Positions 1-12,663 of a stretch of 64,000 nucleotides of DNA are shown one piece after another. The notes under the pieces were generated by a model. That model saw nothing but the letters and a program-made list of their open reading frames with translations, searched no databases and was not told the DNA's origin. Source of the DNA: Takakia lepidozioides (Eukaryota > Plantae > Bryophyta); the NCBI GenBank assembly GCA_030704615.1, contig CM060731.1:77624001-77688000 (forward strand). The letters run 5' to 3'. Every line of letters starts with the position of its first letter. The first letter of the stretch is position 1. The translations under genes and the position numbers were made by a program.

Positions 1-3000
1 TCGCTTAGGGTGAGCTTCCGTGGGCTTTTGCCCTCTACTGGCCCTTGTGCTAACCAGACCTGCATAAGGCTGTTATCCACCAAGCTGCTTGTGGTTCCCC
101 TGAGAGTTTGCTCCTCTCTTTGCTTATACAATTCCAACTGCTGTTGTAAAGCCTTCATGCGCTTCGCCTGTGGCTCAACCAATTGTGCATAGGCAGCAAG
201 TAAATTATTGGCTTCTTTCGAAGCCTTGTTACTGACCGCGATTTCATTTCTATTGGCCACGATGGTTTGTTGCAACTCCACGATGTATTTCTCATTCTCA
301 GCTTCCATCTGCCTGTATTGCTTGAAAGTATCTTCATTGCGACAGATTGTATTCTTCATATCGACAATGAGCTTCATGTGCTCCACATTCTCTTCTTCTG
401 CCTTCGTACATTTTTCCGCTTGACTGTTTATTTCTTTTGTTGATTGGTCAAGCATAGTTGTAAATGTAGCGCATTGTATCTCCATCCTGTTATGCACTGT
501 CTGCAACTCCGTATGTAGTGCATTCAGTTCTTGTAACTTGCTTTCATGCTGCACCTGCATTTGGTATAGCTGTTGCTTATGTGCTTCGTGCAACTGGTCT
601 TGCGCAAGGCCTGCTTCAATCAATTGTTGCTTGGCCAATTGCAAAGCCATTTCTGTATTGGCCAAGTCCTGCTTCATCTTGAGAGTGACCTCTTCATCGA
701 CCTTATTTGAACACTCAGTGGCAAGTCGAGCCTCAAACTCCTTCCTGAGTTCTTCTTTCAAGGCTGTCAATTGGGTAATTGGAACATGGGTTTTGACATA
801 AGTCCCCAACAAATTAAGTGTCCTGCCTATGGAATTCATCAGCATTGCCTGTTGAGGGTCATCATGGTGAGGTTGCTGCTGTTCCTCCCGATCTTCAACA
901 GTATGATGTCTCACTAACCATTCAGACCATTGTCCCACCGGATTTTCTTCCTGAACTACTTCATTTATGACCGGTGCTACAGTGTCATGGCCTTCCGCCT
1001 GTGGTACCTCCGACACAGGTGTGTGCATTATATGTACCTCAGGATTTTCTTGGGCAACTGTTGCACCTCTGGGATTTCTGTCTGCTTGACCAGACCAGAA
1101 TATTCATAGAGAAGGTCCCCTTTCTCTATTTCCGCCACTATCTGTTCTGTAGTTGGAATATCTATCCCTTCACTTTCCAAATCTATTATTTCGGGTTGAG
1201 CTGCATGGATAACTTGTGACCTTGTGACAAGTCGTTCAAGTGGCTGTGTTGGTTGTGATGCAGAAGTAACTTCTTCCTCCCTCTCTGAAGGTCCTGCTTC
1301 CAGTAATAACATTCTTTTGTGCTGCTGTGCCCCTCCCTGGTCATGAGCTTGGGAAACATTATCATGCGGAATCCGTGAAGCCAGTGGATCCGCCACTACA
1401 GTCTTTCCCCTTCTCTGCCTCTTAGTCTCGGGTTGTGCTGCTAGTCCACCCTCACTGTGTGAAGAGCCTTGCTCTTCCATTGCAGTTGTTTCTGGCTCAA
1501 ACACTCCCATTTCCTTCCTTTCTTGTGCATTAAGTATGCCAGAACTAAGGATTATTTGAGCAATGATTGGGCCAGACACTATGATAGGAGATTTTGCGGT
1601 AGTACCTTGTAATCTTTTCATCTCCTCTACCAGTGCGTTGTACATTATGTCCGCCCATGGTACCTCTTGTCCCTTCAAGCCTTTGAGGATTTCCTCTGTG
1701 AAGGATCTGCTCAAATATTGTTGGTTCTGTTTCAGGGCAATCAGAACGTTCAATACTTGGCCTATGTCTTTTAACCCTGGGTACACAGCTTTGGTACAAG
1801 CATAACCCTGAGTTTTAAAGAAACTCCCTTCTTGGAATAAATCCCCTATTTGCAGTCTTTCTCTGTGTTCCTCCACATACACATGACCTTCTGGCAATCG
1901 AAACAATTGCTGGAGGTATAGGGGAGTAATCATTAATTCAACTCCCTTCACCGTTGTTGTTCCTGTCTTTGGCTCAAAGTTCTGCAAAAATTGTAACATG
2001 TACTGTCTATGGTGTAGTGTCCAATCCATGCTTTGCAATCCTTCCAATCTCAGCTCCTTCAGTATCTTTATCGCCTGTGGGGTAGCCATCGTTTGTTTCT
2101 GCAGAATTGTGGTGCTCTTCACCCTGATTTCCTCCATTCCTCTCACTCTCTTCATCTTAGACTCACAGAACTGCTTTGGCTGTAACAACTGCAGGAATGC
2201 CTGTAGTGCACAAAGCAGAAACGTATGGTTGCCGCAGAAAGCTATGGGTAATCTCTTGTAAGCCTGCGGGGCTTGCAAGCATTGTTCAAGAGAAAAGCTC
2301 TGCTCTTTCGTTTCGTGTCTCTGCCATTGCGTAAATAATATTGCTAGCGTATAGTCTGTTAGTTCCTCCATAGTTTCCAAGTTATAGCATTTATGGCCTG
2401 TCCTGTCGAGACGCCCGTTACTCAGAACGACGCCGCCTCTTGCGCTTAATTTCCCTCCATTTTCTTGATCATTTCTCTGGTTTTCTATTGGCTGTATCCG
2501 CTGTGACTGGATTTTAACTTTTATCTTCTTTAGTGGACTTTTCCTGTTGGATAGTCCACTAGGATCACACATGCGACATGAATTCAGTTTTTCTGTACTT
2601 GCCGTTCGTTCTGTTTCCCTTTTTCCGTATTCATTAATGGGCCCGCCTTTCATCCCTTTTGACGGCCGTTCTTGTCCTCTTTCTTTTTGACACTTGTCCT
2701 TGCACTTCATTCTCTGCTGTGTGTCGCACCCTGACCTCCACGTGTCTATTTTTAAATTAATTTCCGTTTCTTCTTCCTTCAGCCATTTTCCTGAAGTTTT
2801 TATGTGTCCACTTGTCACTGATTCTATGGATCGTGTAACTTTAGTAGGCTGTGTTGAGCTGTGACAGGCTGTGTCATACTGTGTTACGCTGTGATAGGCT
2901 GTGTTGCCCTGTGGTAAGCTGTGATAGGCTGTGACACGCTGCGGTAGGTTGTGATAGGCTGTGTCACGTCGTGACGGGCTGTGATAGGCTGTGTCACGCC

Positions 3001-3229
3001 GTGATGGGCTGTGATAGGCTGTGTCACGCCGTGATGGGCTGTGATAGGCTGTGTTGCGCCTTGATGGGCTGTGATAGGCTGTGTCACGTTTGTTTTGCCC
3101 ACCCCGGTCATATATACTGGGCCTAGCGACAAGTGTTCCATACTCTGTTCGTAACACTGGTGCAGCCCGTGACTGCTCTTGCGGTTCAACATGCAAATTA
3201 TGCTGCAGGGGTTTGTCATGGATACCACT
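1..3229 (-). CDS. C-terminal extension of pol: 10-aa tandem repeat, linker, Athila 3'-ORF/'plant transposon protein'-like domain, then long coiled coil (frameshift near 1030)
   Basis: ORF 1028-5350 has no stop after integrase. The motif QFLQNF...TVKGVELMIT...QLFRLPEG resembles env-like 3' ORFs of Athila-type elements. A Q/E/K-rich heptad sequence continues to the window edge. Confidence 0.65.
2850..3090. repeat. 30-bp tandem repeat (~8 units) encoding RDTAYHSPSR
   Basis: GCTGTGATAGGCTGTGTCACGCCGTGATGG repeated in tandem. Confidence 0.95.
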
Positions 3230-5786
3230 GTACCCCTTCAACTTATTTGCATTGACTCTTCCCAGCATTTCTTTGTTAATGGTTTGTAACATGGCTGTGT
3301 TGTTATCATACATCTTTTGGATGACATAAGGTCCTTTCCATGGTGATTTAAGCTTAGAAGCTTGAATCTTTCCTTTCTTCTGCAACCATAGAACCAAATC
3401 CCCCGTCTTAAAAGTCTTTAATTTGCCTTCATCAAACTGTTCCTTTCGCTTCATCTGAATTCTGGTCATATTATCTGCTGCATCAGCACGTACTTCTTCC
3501 ACATGGTATAATTCATGTTTCCTGACCTTGATGGAGTCTTGCAATTCCATTCTTTTTCCCCACTCCGTTCTCATGGTAGGTAACAGGAATTCCACTGGAA
3601 GTAAGGCTTCCATACCATAAACTAATTGGAATGGTGTATACTTTGTGGTGACTTTATACGAAGTCCTGTATGACCATAAAGCTGTCAGCAGCTTTGTATC
3701 CCAATCCGTTCTGTTTGCATTGACTATCTTAGCCAAGATAGTACATAGTATTTTGTTGGTAGCCTCTGCCTGTCCATTACCCTGTGGGTAATATGTTGTA
3801 CTCTTTCTATGCACAATCATAAACTCTTTAGTCAATAACTCAATGGTCTCATTCATGAAGTGACTTCCTTGATCACTGATAAATTCTAAGGGACATCCAA
3901 ATCGTGTAAGTATGTTCTCGTACAGGAACCTTGCTGTGGACTTGGCTGTGTTGTCCCTCAAAGCTTTAGCTTCCACCCACTTTGTAGTATAATCAGTGGC
4001 TGTAATTATGTACCTGTTTTGTGTATTCTTGGATGGTGGATTAATTGGTCCAACAAAGTCTAGTCCCCATTTCTGAAATGGTTCCGTAGGCATTGTAGGA
4101 TGCAAGGCCATTCTTCCAGATCTCTGCAAAGGTCCTAGCCTCTGACATTCATCACACTTCTGACAATACTCATGTACATCTTTGAACAAAGTAGGCCACC
4201 AGTATCCTGCGAGTAGTATCTTTCTACTGGTAGTCTCTTCTCCAAAATGACCTCCAGCCACTCCTTTATGAACTTCCTCCAAGACTTTATTTACTTCATG
4301 GTGGTACAAGCATCGTTTTAGTACTCCGTCAGGTCCTAACTTATACATTCTGCTTCCTACCATAGTATAAGGTAAAGCTCTGATAGTAATTCTCTTCCTC
4401 TGCTCCTTACCATAACTAGGTGGGCACTGACCATGAACAAGGTAGTATCTGATTGGCCACTGCCAATCTAACCATTCATCTGCACTTCCTTGCACCTCCA
4501 TTACAAATAAACTCGCATCAGGTAACTGATCGTCCACTCCTGTGGCGGCCTCTCCTGTTGTTAGTCGTGACAAATGATCTGCCACAAGATGCAAACGGCC
4601 AGGCTTGTAAATAACCTCGAACTCAAACTCATGCAAGATTATTAACCACCTCGCTATCCTTCCACTTATCAAAGGTTTGTTCACCAGATATATCAGAGCC
4701 TGGTGATCCACATAAAACATAAACTTTCTTCCCAATAGGTAATGCCTGAATTTCTTCACTGCATAGATCATTGCCAATGCTTCTCTTTCCGTTGTGCTAT
4801 AGTTCCTCTCAGCACTGTTCATCAACCTGCTAGCATAGTACACAGGTGAATCTATATTCCCTGTAACATTCTGGGCTAACACCGCTCCCAACGCTTCTCC
4901 TGATGCATCGCAGTGAACATGAAATACTACATGCCAGTGAGGGTTAATCAGCACAGGTGTAGTTGTTACTGACAGTGTAAGTTCCTCAAACGCCTGTTGA
5001 CATTCAGCTGTCCATGCAAACACTGCATCTTTCTTCAGAAGCTTGCTCAATGGTGCTGCTATTTGTGCATACCTTTTGACAAATCTTCTGTAATAACTGG
5101 TTTGCCCAAGGAATCTCCTTAAACTCTTAACATTCACTGGTGGTGGAGAGACTTTAATGGACTCTATCTTCCTGGGATCCACAAGGAGTCCCTTCTTACA
5201 CACAATGTGTCCCAGAAGCACCCCTGAGTTCACACAGAAAGTACACTTCTCTGGGTTCAAGCCCAGACCTCTCATCCTGCATCTGGCCAGGCATAACTCC
5301 AATTTATGCAAGTGCTCATTCTTAGAGCTGTACACACTGAAATCATCCAAAACACCTGCATGAAATCATCCAGATACTCTTGAAAAGATTCACTTATCAC
5401 TATCTGAAAGGTCGCTGGTGCATTACAAAGCCAAAGGGCATGACTTTGTATGCATAAGCCCCCCAGTCTGTGATGAAAGTTGTTTTCCCTTGGTCTTCTT
5501 CTGCCACTTGCACTTGATTATAACCACTGAAGCCATCCATGAATGAGTACATCTCATGGCCTGCCACAGTGTCTAATACTGCTTCTGTGAATGGCAAAGG
5601 GAAAGGATCTTTCTTCGTACAAGCATTCAGCTTCTTATAGTTCACACATACTCTTAGTTTGCCATTCTTCTTGGGAACTATAACAATGGGTGACAACCAA
5701 GTTGTATACTCTATTGGGTATATAAACTTAGCCTCAGCCAACTTCTTTATCTCTTCTCCAACCTTCTGTGCGTAGTTGGGATTCAT
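3230..5786 (-). CDS. pol: Pol: reverse transcriptase, RNase H, integrase (small frameshifts near 5350-5430 and 5845)
   Basis: RT: SPIVIVPKKNGKLRVCVNYKKLN, DGFSGYNQV, MPFG, LDDF. RH: HCDASGEALGAVL, NYSTTEREALA. INT: HHCC zinc motif, WGLDFVGP, SDQGSHF, GNGQAE, W.GPY. Confidence 0.96.
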
Positions 5787-8700
5787 TCTATACCTCGCCT
5801 GCTTGATTGGTACTGACCCTGGTTCCAGTTCAATTTTATGCTGACAGATTCAGGTGGTATCCCTTTTAGATCCTCATAGCTCCAAGCAAATACATCTCTG
5901 TATTTGATGAACAAGCTTTTAGCTTCTTCGAAGAACTCTGGCTCCAAATCAGCTCCTACTTTCACCATTCTCGGTTCCTCCTGAGTTCCCACATTTACTT
6001 CTCTCACCTGCTCATCAGCTGTGATTGTCCAACCAGTCACCACTTCATCCTTTAAGCTCACAGTGGCTGGTTCTTCTAGGATTTCTATCTCTCCCTCCTT
6101 TTCTTCATAGAAATGTGGTGGGTAACAGTTGGTTTCCTCTTCAATTGGTGTTGCTGTCACTACACCACAGCAGATACCTCTCAAACAACTTAGGCTTTCC
6201 AGCCGCATCTCTGCAACCTCCTCCCACTCTGGGTGTGCAGCAAATAGGGTAGCTTCCTGCTCCTCATCCAGTCCTCCCCTCCAGTCATACTCTCTGACTC
6301 CTCGAGGTCTTCTTGTAGCAGGTAATCTACTAGATTTCTTTGTGGTAATTTGTATCTCGTGCATCCCATTATGCACAGTTAGTAACTGAGAATTCCAGTC
6401 ATGGAATACCCTTGCCTGTTTCAGCCACGGACGTCCCAATAATAAGGAGTAAGCCTCCATGACTTCATCCATTTTTAATACAGTTACTGTGATCATAAAG
6501 ATCATTTTCTGTATCTGTATCTTAACTCCTCTTATTAATCCCAATGGCTGTACACTTCTTTGATCTGCCATTGTTACTGTAAATGGGGCTGGTTTCATGT
6601 TACTTAGACCAAGCTTCTTCCTTAATTGGTCTGTCATGATATTTACTCCAGAACCACCATCTATCAGTACATCAGTTAGTTCTGTGCTTCCAATTCTCAA
6701 TTGGATTACTGGCATAGAATCATCAAAGTCCATGACTGGTTCTCGCCCTTCCGGCTTCACATTATAACTGGTCACCTTGCTGTTCAGGTCTGTGTTTCCT
6801 GTCTCTTGGGCAATTCGATTGATTGCCTGATACAGCCTGTGCCTACAATAAGGTGCCACAGCTAATAGCTGTCCAATGGTAATTTCTGCTTTGGTCTGAC
6901 ATATTACTTCAGCCAAAGTCTCTTCATTACTTTGCATGTCTGCATCTTCTTTTTTCCTTTCTTCCTCACTCCCCTCTTTTTCTCCATCCGAATCAGAGGA
7001 ATCTGCCACAGGAATATCCGTACTCTTTTGCATTTCCCTTATAGTATCTGCCACTTCCTTGTGCAGTTCCTTCTCATCCTTCCAAGTCTCTTCATCTTCA
7101 GGCATATCATTGCCACTTCCAGTCTCATCTTCTTCCTCTTCTACTGGAGGTATTAGTTTGGCTTTACTTCTTGTTACTATCATTGTACTTACTTCTGGTA
7201 CAACACATGGCCTAACCATGTGAGCTGCCACCACTGGGCCCTCATTCACAGGAGCTCTCATCTCATTCTGGTGTCTTATCCAGAATGAACAGGCTGCCTT
7301 GCGATGTCCTGGCTGATTACAATAGTAACATAGCTCTTCACCATTGGGTCCTCGCCCTTGGTCTGGTCTTGGATTATTTCTATAATCCTGATTCCCGGGC
7401 TGGTAATTCCCCCTTGGATTACCCTGATAGTTGCCTCTGGAATTTCCTTGGTAATTCCCTCTTGAATTACCTCTCCCTTCCATGCCATTGTTATAACCAC
7501 CAGACCTACCATAGTGGTCCTGATCATTGCTTCTTCTTGGCTGGGGCTGCACCTGATGCACCCTCACTTGCCTAGGTTCTCTTGCAGCTGTCCTTCTGTT
7601 GTAGTAACAATTCTCAGTAGAATGGTTATCCATTTTACAGATAGTACAGTGTTTCTCCTTCATGTGGCATTCTGTAGTGGTATGGCCTTCATTCTGGCAC
7701 TTTGCACACCATACACCCTTCCTCCAATGTGTTGCAGCCTCTGTGGCATACTTCTTCAAGATTTCTTCCAATCTTTTCTCATAGTTATCCCTCTTCAACT
7801 TTTCCTTTCTCTTACTCTTTCTTTTTAGTTCTTGCTCTTCTTCTTCATCTGACTCATCTTCAGAGTCCTCATCTTCCTTTTTCTCTCTCCTGAGCATTCC
7901 CAATTGCTCAATTCTGTTTGCAGTTTCAAATGCCTCCTCCACTGTATTATGGGGTAACATATCCACTTTCTTTGCAACTCTGGTCTTAGTCCACTCACAA
8001 ACCAAGTCTTCTGTAAACCGGGTGCTGGTACTGCAGCCAGCTTTTTCATCATCAATTCCATCTTCTCCATATACTCTTCAACAGTTTCATGCTTCTTCTG
8101 CTTCAGCTGTTGTAAACTTCCATACACTTCATCCTCAGTTTTACTTGTCCTGAACCTATTTCGAAATGCTGTATTCAAGCCATTCCAGGTTAGGAAATGA
8201 TTATCAGGGAATCTTGCATACCATTCACTTGCTTTCTTGATAAGTGAACAAGGAAACAGTCTCATCTTGGCATCATCGCCATTCTCATTGTTCACTATAC
8301 ACATGTGCTCAAATTGGCTAATGTGTACATCGGGATCCCCTTTTCCTGAATATATTGGAAAGGGTGGTTTTGCCCGTGTTGGTTGTAACGCCATCTGTGG
8401 CCCTACCTTCTGCCCACTGACAGGTGCTGGCACCCTTGCTGGTGCTGGTCCTTCTGGACCTGTTGTTTTTGTGGTGGATCTTCCACCAAGTGGTGGCCCT
8501 TGAGCACTCCCTGCTTCTGGCCCCACGATATTCACAGTATTCCCAGCTTCAGTTGCACTACTTCCCACACTCCCTGTCCCCCCAGAGCCAGATCCAGGCA
8601 GCCCGCCTGATCCCCCTGAGCCGACACCTTCGTTGGCCTGTGATCCAAGTGCTCCACTTGATCCAGGTCCAACGGGTTGGGATGTCCTGGTTGTAGTCTC

Positions 8701-9225
8701 AACCTCAGCTGTTGGGTCTACTTCTTCATATTCTTCCTCTTCCAATTTCTTCTCTCTGTTTTCATCCTCCAAGTTCTGCCCTTGGGTTTCTTCTTCACTC
8801 ATGTAACTCAACTGTAATGGTGTTGGAGAGTCTGAACTCTCCGTTGGCTCTGCCACATCCTCATCTCCTTCTTCATCTTCTGCTTCAGAAACTGGAGTTC
8901 CTGCTTTTGGTGTTCCATGCCAACTCTTATCAAAGATTTCTGTCAAGTCTTTTATCCAAGGATGTACCTCAGATCTTTCACCTCGTGATTGATCTTCTTC
9001 CTGTACCAATTCCCTTAATCTTTCTTGCAAAGAAACAGAAGGAGTGGCATCCAACTCTAGTTCTTCCGGTATAGGTGATGCACTTTTTGATCTTGATGGT
9101 GTGAGAGGTCCAGATGATTCCCCTATGTCTATTCCTCTCTCCCAAAGATATGGATAATTAGCTTTCAGATAGCTTTCTCTTTTTGATGAATATCTTTGTC
9201 GTCTAGCTTCTCTTTCATCACTCAT
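5783..9225 (-). CDS. gag: Gag + aspartic protease (1-nt frameshift near 7975)
   Basis: Retrotrans_gag-like segment (DPDVHISQF...LFPCSL...ASEWY...F). Three CCHC knuckles: CAKCQNEGHTTTEC, CTICKMDNHSTENC, CYYCNQPGHRKAAC. Protease motif LIDGGSGVNIM. Confidence 0.93.
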
Positions 9226-9246
9226 GTCCCATGTCTTTCATTTCTT

Positions 9247-9941
9247 TTAATGTGGCAATAACCAAAACTCTCTTCTGTAATATCTCTCGTATATGCCTGG
9301 ATTTCTTTCAAGCTTCAATGCACCCTTGGCTATACTTGAAGTCTCCGTTACCATATAACCATATGGCAAACAAGTCTGAAAAGCTGTTCTTGGTGTGAGT
9401 TTGATCCACAAAATATCCTTTGGAATCCAATTCTTTACCAGTACAAGCTCTTCATGCATATGAGTATAAACATTCACCTTTCTTTCTTCCCAGCCTTCAA
9501 ACTCTACTCGTTTAATGGATAGCAACGCTATCACATAAACTAATGTTGGTAACCAACGTGCTCTTCCTCTACAGGCTACCTGATAAATCTTTATCACTCC
9601 TTTCTCCAGACCCCATTCTGGATCAGCATCATGCACTCGTTTAAGAATATTTTCTTTACATCCGTCTGGCAATTCCAAGAACCTTTGAAAGAATTGTTTG
9701 GACAATCTTTCTTCCTTCGTTCCACAGGGAATTTGATTCACTTCAAATCTTTAATGGTCCAACCACCATGATCCCACCAGATGCCTGTCACATCTGGTTG
9801 TTCATGTCCCAGGTCCCCAGTATGGTCGCCAAATGTCGCGCGGCTTTTACTCACCCATCCCTTCGCTATCCGAGGCGGAAACTCCAAGATAGAAGAGTTG
9901 GAAATCTCTAAGTACTCAGCCCGCGCAGAACAATCAGTCAT
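9247..9941 (-). CDS. Extra upstream ORF (ORF0) of the Gypsy element, ~230 aa, function unknown; one frameshift near 9740 in this copy
   Basis: ORFs 9738-9941 and 9247-9741 join into one protein. Copy B has a near-identical protein with many synonymous differences. Confidence 0.7.
9814..9831 (-). other. Primer-binding site TGGCGACCATACTGGGGA, tRNA-Arg-like
   Basis: Starts with TGG next to the LTR end and is identical in copy B (58009-58026). Resembles the tRNA-Arg PBS of Ogre-type elements. Confidence 0.8.
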
Positions 9942-10945
9942 GACCTACAGCTAGTGTATCATGGGGGTGTTTCCTATTTGTTTCCTTTTCCGCATTCATC
10001 TTAGCTACCTTACCATTGATAATTAAGTATCAGTTTGCTTCATCAATTATCGGTTTCCTTAACTCCTCCATTCAATCCACAGCTTCACTCAGATCTCTCT
10101 ACACAGTGTGATTGTATCGTATAAGTATCAGATTATGATTTATCAGGTATCAGGCCGAAGCCATTATGTCTCTAATCTGCTCTACAATATCACTCTAGCT
10201 TTGCATATGACAAGCATCTACTAATCCTCTTTTCTCCTTCATCGTGCTCTCCGATCTCCGCTCCCGCCTGTCTCCGAAGTCCTCCCCGAATAATGATCCC
10301 CTTCTATTCCCCGTTCTTCCTTTATCCTCCTATCCGCGGTTCTAACCGTTTCCCTCTCTAACCGTCGTATGTGAACTAACATGTTCCCTTCACTGGTGTT
10401 GTTCCCCACAGTCGTTCCCTGTCCTACTCTTCGTTCCCTATTATCGTGACAGCTGTGTCAAGCGGTGACTGGCTGTGTTTGGCTGTGCGGGGTGTGGATG
10501 TGTGAGGGCTGTGTGGGACTGGCTGTGGTGGGCTGTGTGTGCTGTGTGACGACTGTGAGGGCATGTGTGTGGGTGTGTGTGGGACTGTGACGAATGTGTG
10601 GGCTGTGACGACTGTGACGGGCTTTGTGTGGATGTGTGGGCTGTGACGGCTGTGTCGGCTGTTTGTGGGAGCTGTAGGACGTGTTGACGGTGACGGGCTG
10701 TGTGGAGTGTGGGTTGTGACCCTTGTGACGGGCTCGGTGTTGAGGTTGTGGGGATGTGTGACTGTGTGGGGGTTGTGATTGTGTGTTGGTGTGACTGCTG
10801 TGTCGGCTGTGTGGGCTAGGTAACCCCCCTCTTACAGTGCGCTGCTGTCAACCCTACGGGTATTGTTTGTCTCAGTCTGTGCAAAATTAAAGGGTACCCT
10901 ACAGATCCCGGATTAAGTGTCTAAGTCCCCTACAGTCCTCTAACG
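9834..10945 (-). repeat. 5' LTR of Gypsy copy A (~1.1 kb), with an expanded CACAGC-type simple repeat at ~10450-10820
   Basis: On the minus strand it starts CGTTAGAG (TGTTAGAG in copy B) and ends ...CGACA two bases before the PBS. Both ends align with 57168-58006. Confidence 0.85.
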
Positions 10946-11238
10946 TAGCCAGTATATATAGGAGCGAGATGGACACTCTCATCTCGCCAACCCAGTGCAA
11001 GTTACTATGTTTCTAGTACTCAGTACCTAGCCCAGTTTCAGTACCTGGTATCCAGTCCAGTTTCCAGGCATTCCAGTATTCAAGTCGTGTTCCATATCTT
11101 GTACTCGTGTTCATTGTTTATAAAAATCGTCTGATCCTATTTACTCATCGTGCATTCGGCCACGACGACGTGACTTCTGTCTGCCTTGTACCTTAGTCTT
11201 ATCTCTTGTTTGTGTTCAGTCATGTTCTCGTCATTACA
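10946..11238 (+). mobile_element. Possible 3' half of an older LTR into which Gypsy copy A inserted
   Basis: TATATATAGG near 10953 followed by ~280 bp ending CGTCATTACA, a typical LTR end. No partner sequence in the window. Confidence 0.3.
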
Positions 11239-11884
11239 GTTTGTCGAGACTGAAGTTTTATTCCTTAGTTAGTTAAGATGGAAGACACATTGCGGAAATG
11301 GCGCACATTGCAGAGTCTTTCAGCTCAGATTGCAAGAAAAGAATTTTGTGCTTCTATGCCCAAATTCAAGTGATCAGTTCAGACCTGGTATGCTCTTCAC
11401 AATTTGCAACAACAAATTTCAAAGTTTGAATGAGTCGAACAATGGATCGTCAACCTTACGAGTCTCTACTACAACCAAATTCCTCTGTAACGGTGTCCTC
11501 CCAAATCTTAAAAGATTACAAGGGGAACCAAAAGGTCAGCATGCAGAAAAAATTTGATGGGAGAGTCAAGATTTCGTTGGTTTTGTCAAACAAGTACGAT
11601 TGTTCTACGACTACATCCACAACGCTAATCTTGATGAAGGTATTCAAGGGGATTCGTAGGGACCATTCTATGCAGGCACTGCCGGTGCTTGGTTTGCAAC
11701 GCTATTAGTGAAAAAAAAAATCGCCCTTACTATACAATATTGAAGCGTTATGTCCGAGTCACTGCAAAGTTTGAAGAAGCGAATGATTAGAGCGAGTGTG
11801 CACAGAAAAGATCCAAAATCTTCGACAAGGAGGCACACGGTCAGCTTCCGTTTTTAGCTGCGAAATTTTGACAACTTGCATGGA

Positions 11885-12384
11885 NNNNNNNNNNNNNNNN
11901 NNNNNNNNNNNNNNNNNNNNNNNNNNNNNNNNNNNNNNNNNNNNNNNNNNNNNNNNNNNNNNNNNNNNNNNNNNNNNNNNNNNNNNNNNNNNNNNNNNNN
12001 NNNNNNNNNNNNNNNNNNNNNNNNNNNNNNNNNNNNNNNNNNNNNNNNNNNNNNNNNNNNNNNNNNNNNNNNNNNNNNNNNNNNNNNNNNNNNNNNNNNN
12101 NNNNNNNNNNNNNNNNNNNNNNNNNNNNNNNNNNNNNNNNNNNNNNNNNNNNNNNNNNNNNNNNNNNNNNNNNNNNNNNNNNNNNNNNNNNNNNNNNNNN
12201 NNNNNNNNNNNNNNNNNNNNNNNNNNNNNNNNNNNNNNNNNNNNNNNNNNNNNNNNNNNNNNNNNNNNNNNNNNNNNNNNNNNNNNNNNNNNNNNNNNNN
12301 NNNNNNNNNNNNNNNNNNNNNNNNNNNNNNNNNNNNNNNNNNNNNNNNNNNNNNNNNNNNNNNNNNNNNNNNNNNNNNNNNNNN
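11885..12384. other. Assembly gap (500 N)
   Basis: Run of N. Confidence 1.
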
Positions 12385-12637
12385 AGTAGGAGATCTCATC
12401 AAACCAGGATAGATTCATTCTTCCAGCATGCATAGATTGATGCCAGGCCATCTCAGTCAGGTGTGATACTCACCGCAATGGTGAGTCGATCGTGTTATTT
12501 TTATAATTGTTAATTTTAATGACCTAATTTTTCATATGTGTTAATTTTGTAAGTGTTAAAGATTGTAACCCTAAACTTCCTAACGGTTGAACTGTTAATA
12601 CTCTATTTCTGTTACGTATTTTCCTACTCCCAACCCC

Positions 12638-12663
12638 TAACACTTAGCCAGGTCCGACTGTAG
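12638..12663 (-). repeat. Orphan pogo/Tigger-type TIR (TA|CAGTCGGACCTGGCTAAGTGTTA)
   Basis: Identical to the TIR at 14817-14841 and flanked by TA. Confidence 0.7.

Larger units (their letters stand above)
1..10945 (-). mobile_element. Ty3/Gypsy LTR retrotransposon, non-chromovirus (Athila/Tat/Ogre-related) type, copy A; 3' end lies outside the window
   Basis: 5' LTR ~9834-10945 and PBS 9814-9831. Domain order gag-(CCHC)x3-PR-RT-RH-INT. Homologous to the inverted copy at 57168-62650. Confidence 0.95.

Noticed and set aside
11759-12451. Long ORFs spanning the N run
   Set aside because: Artefacts of the assembly gap.
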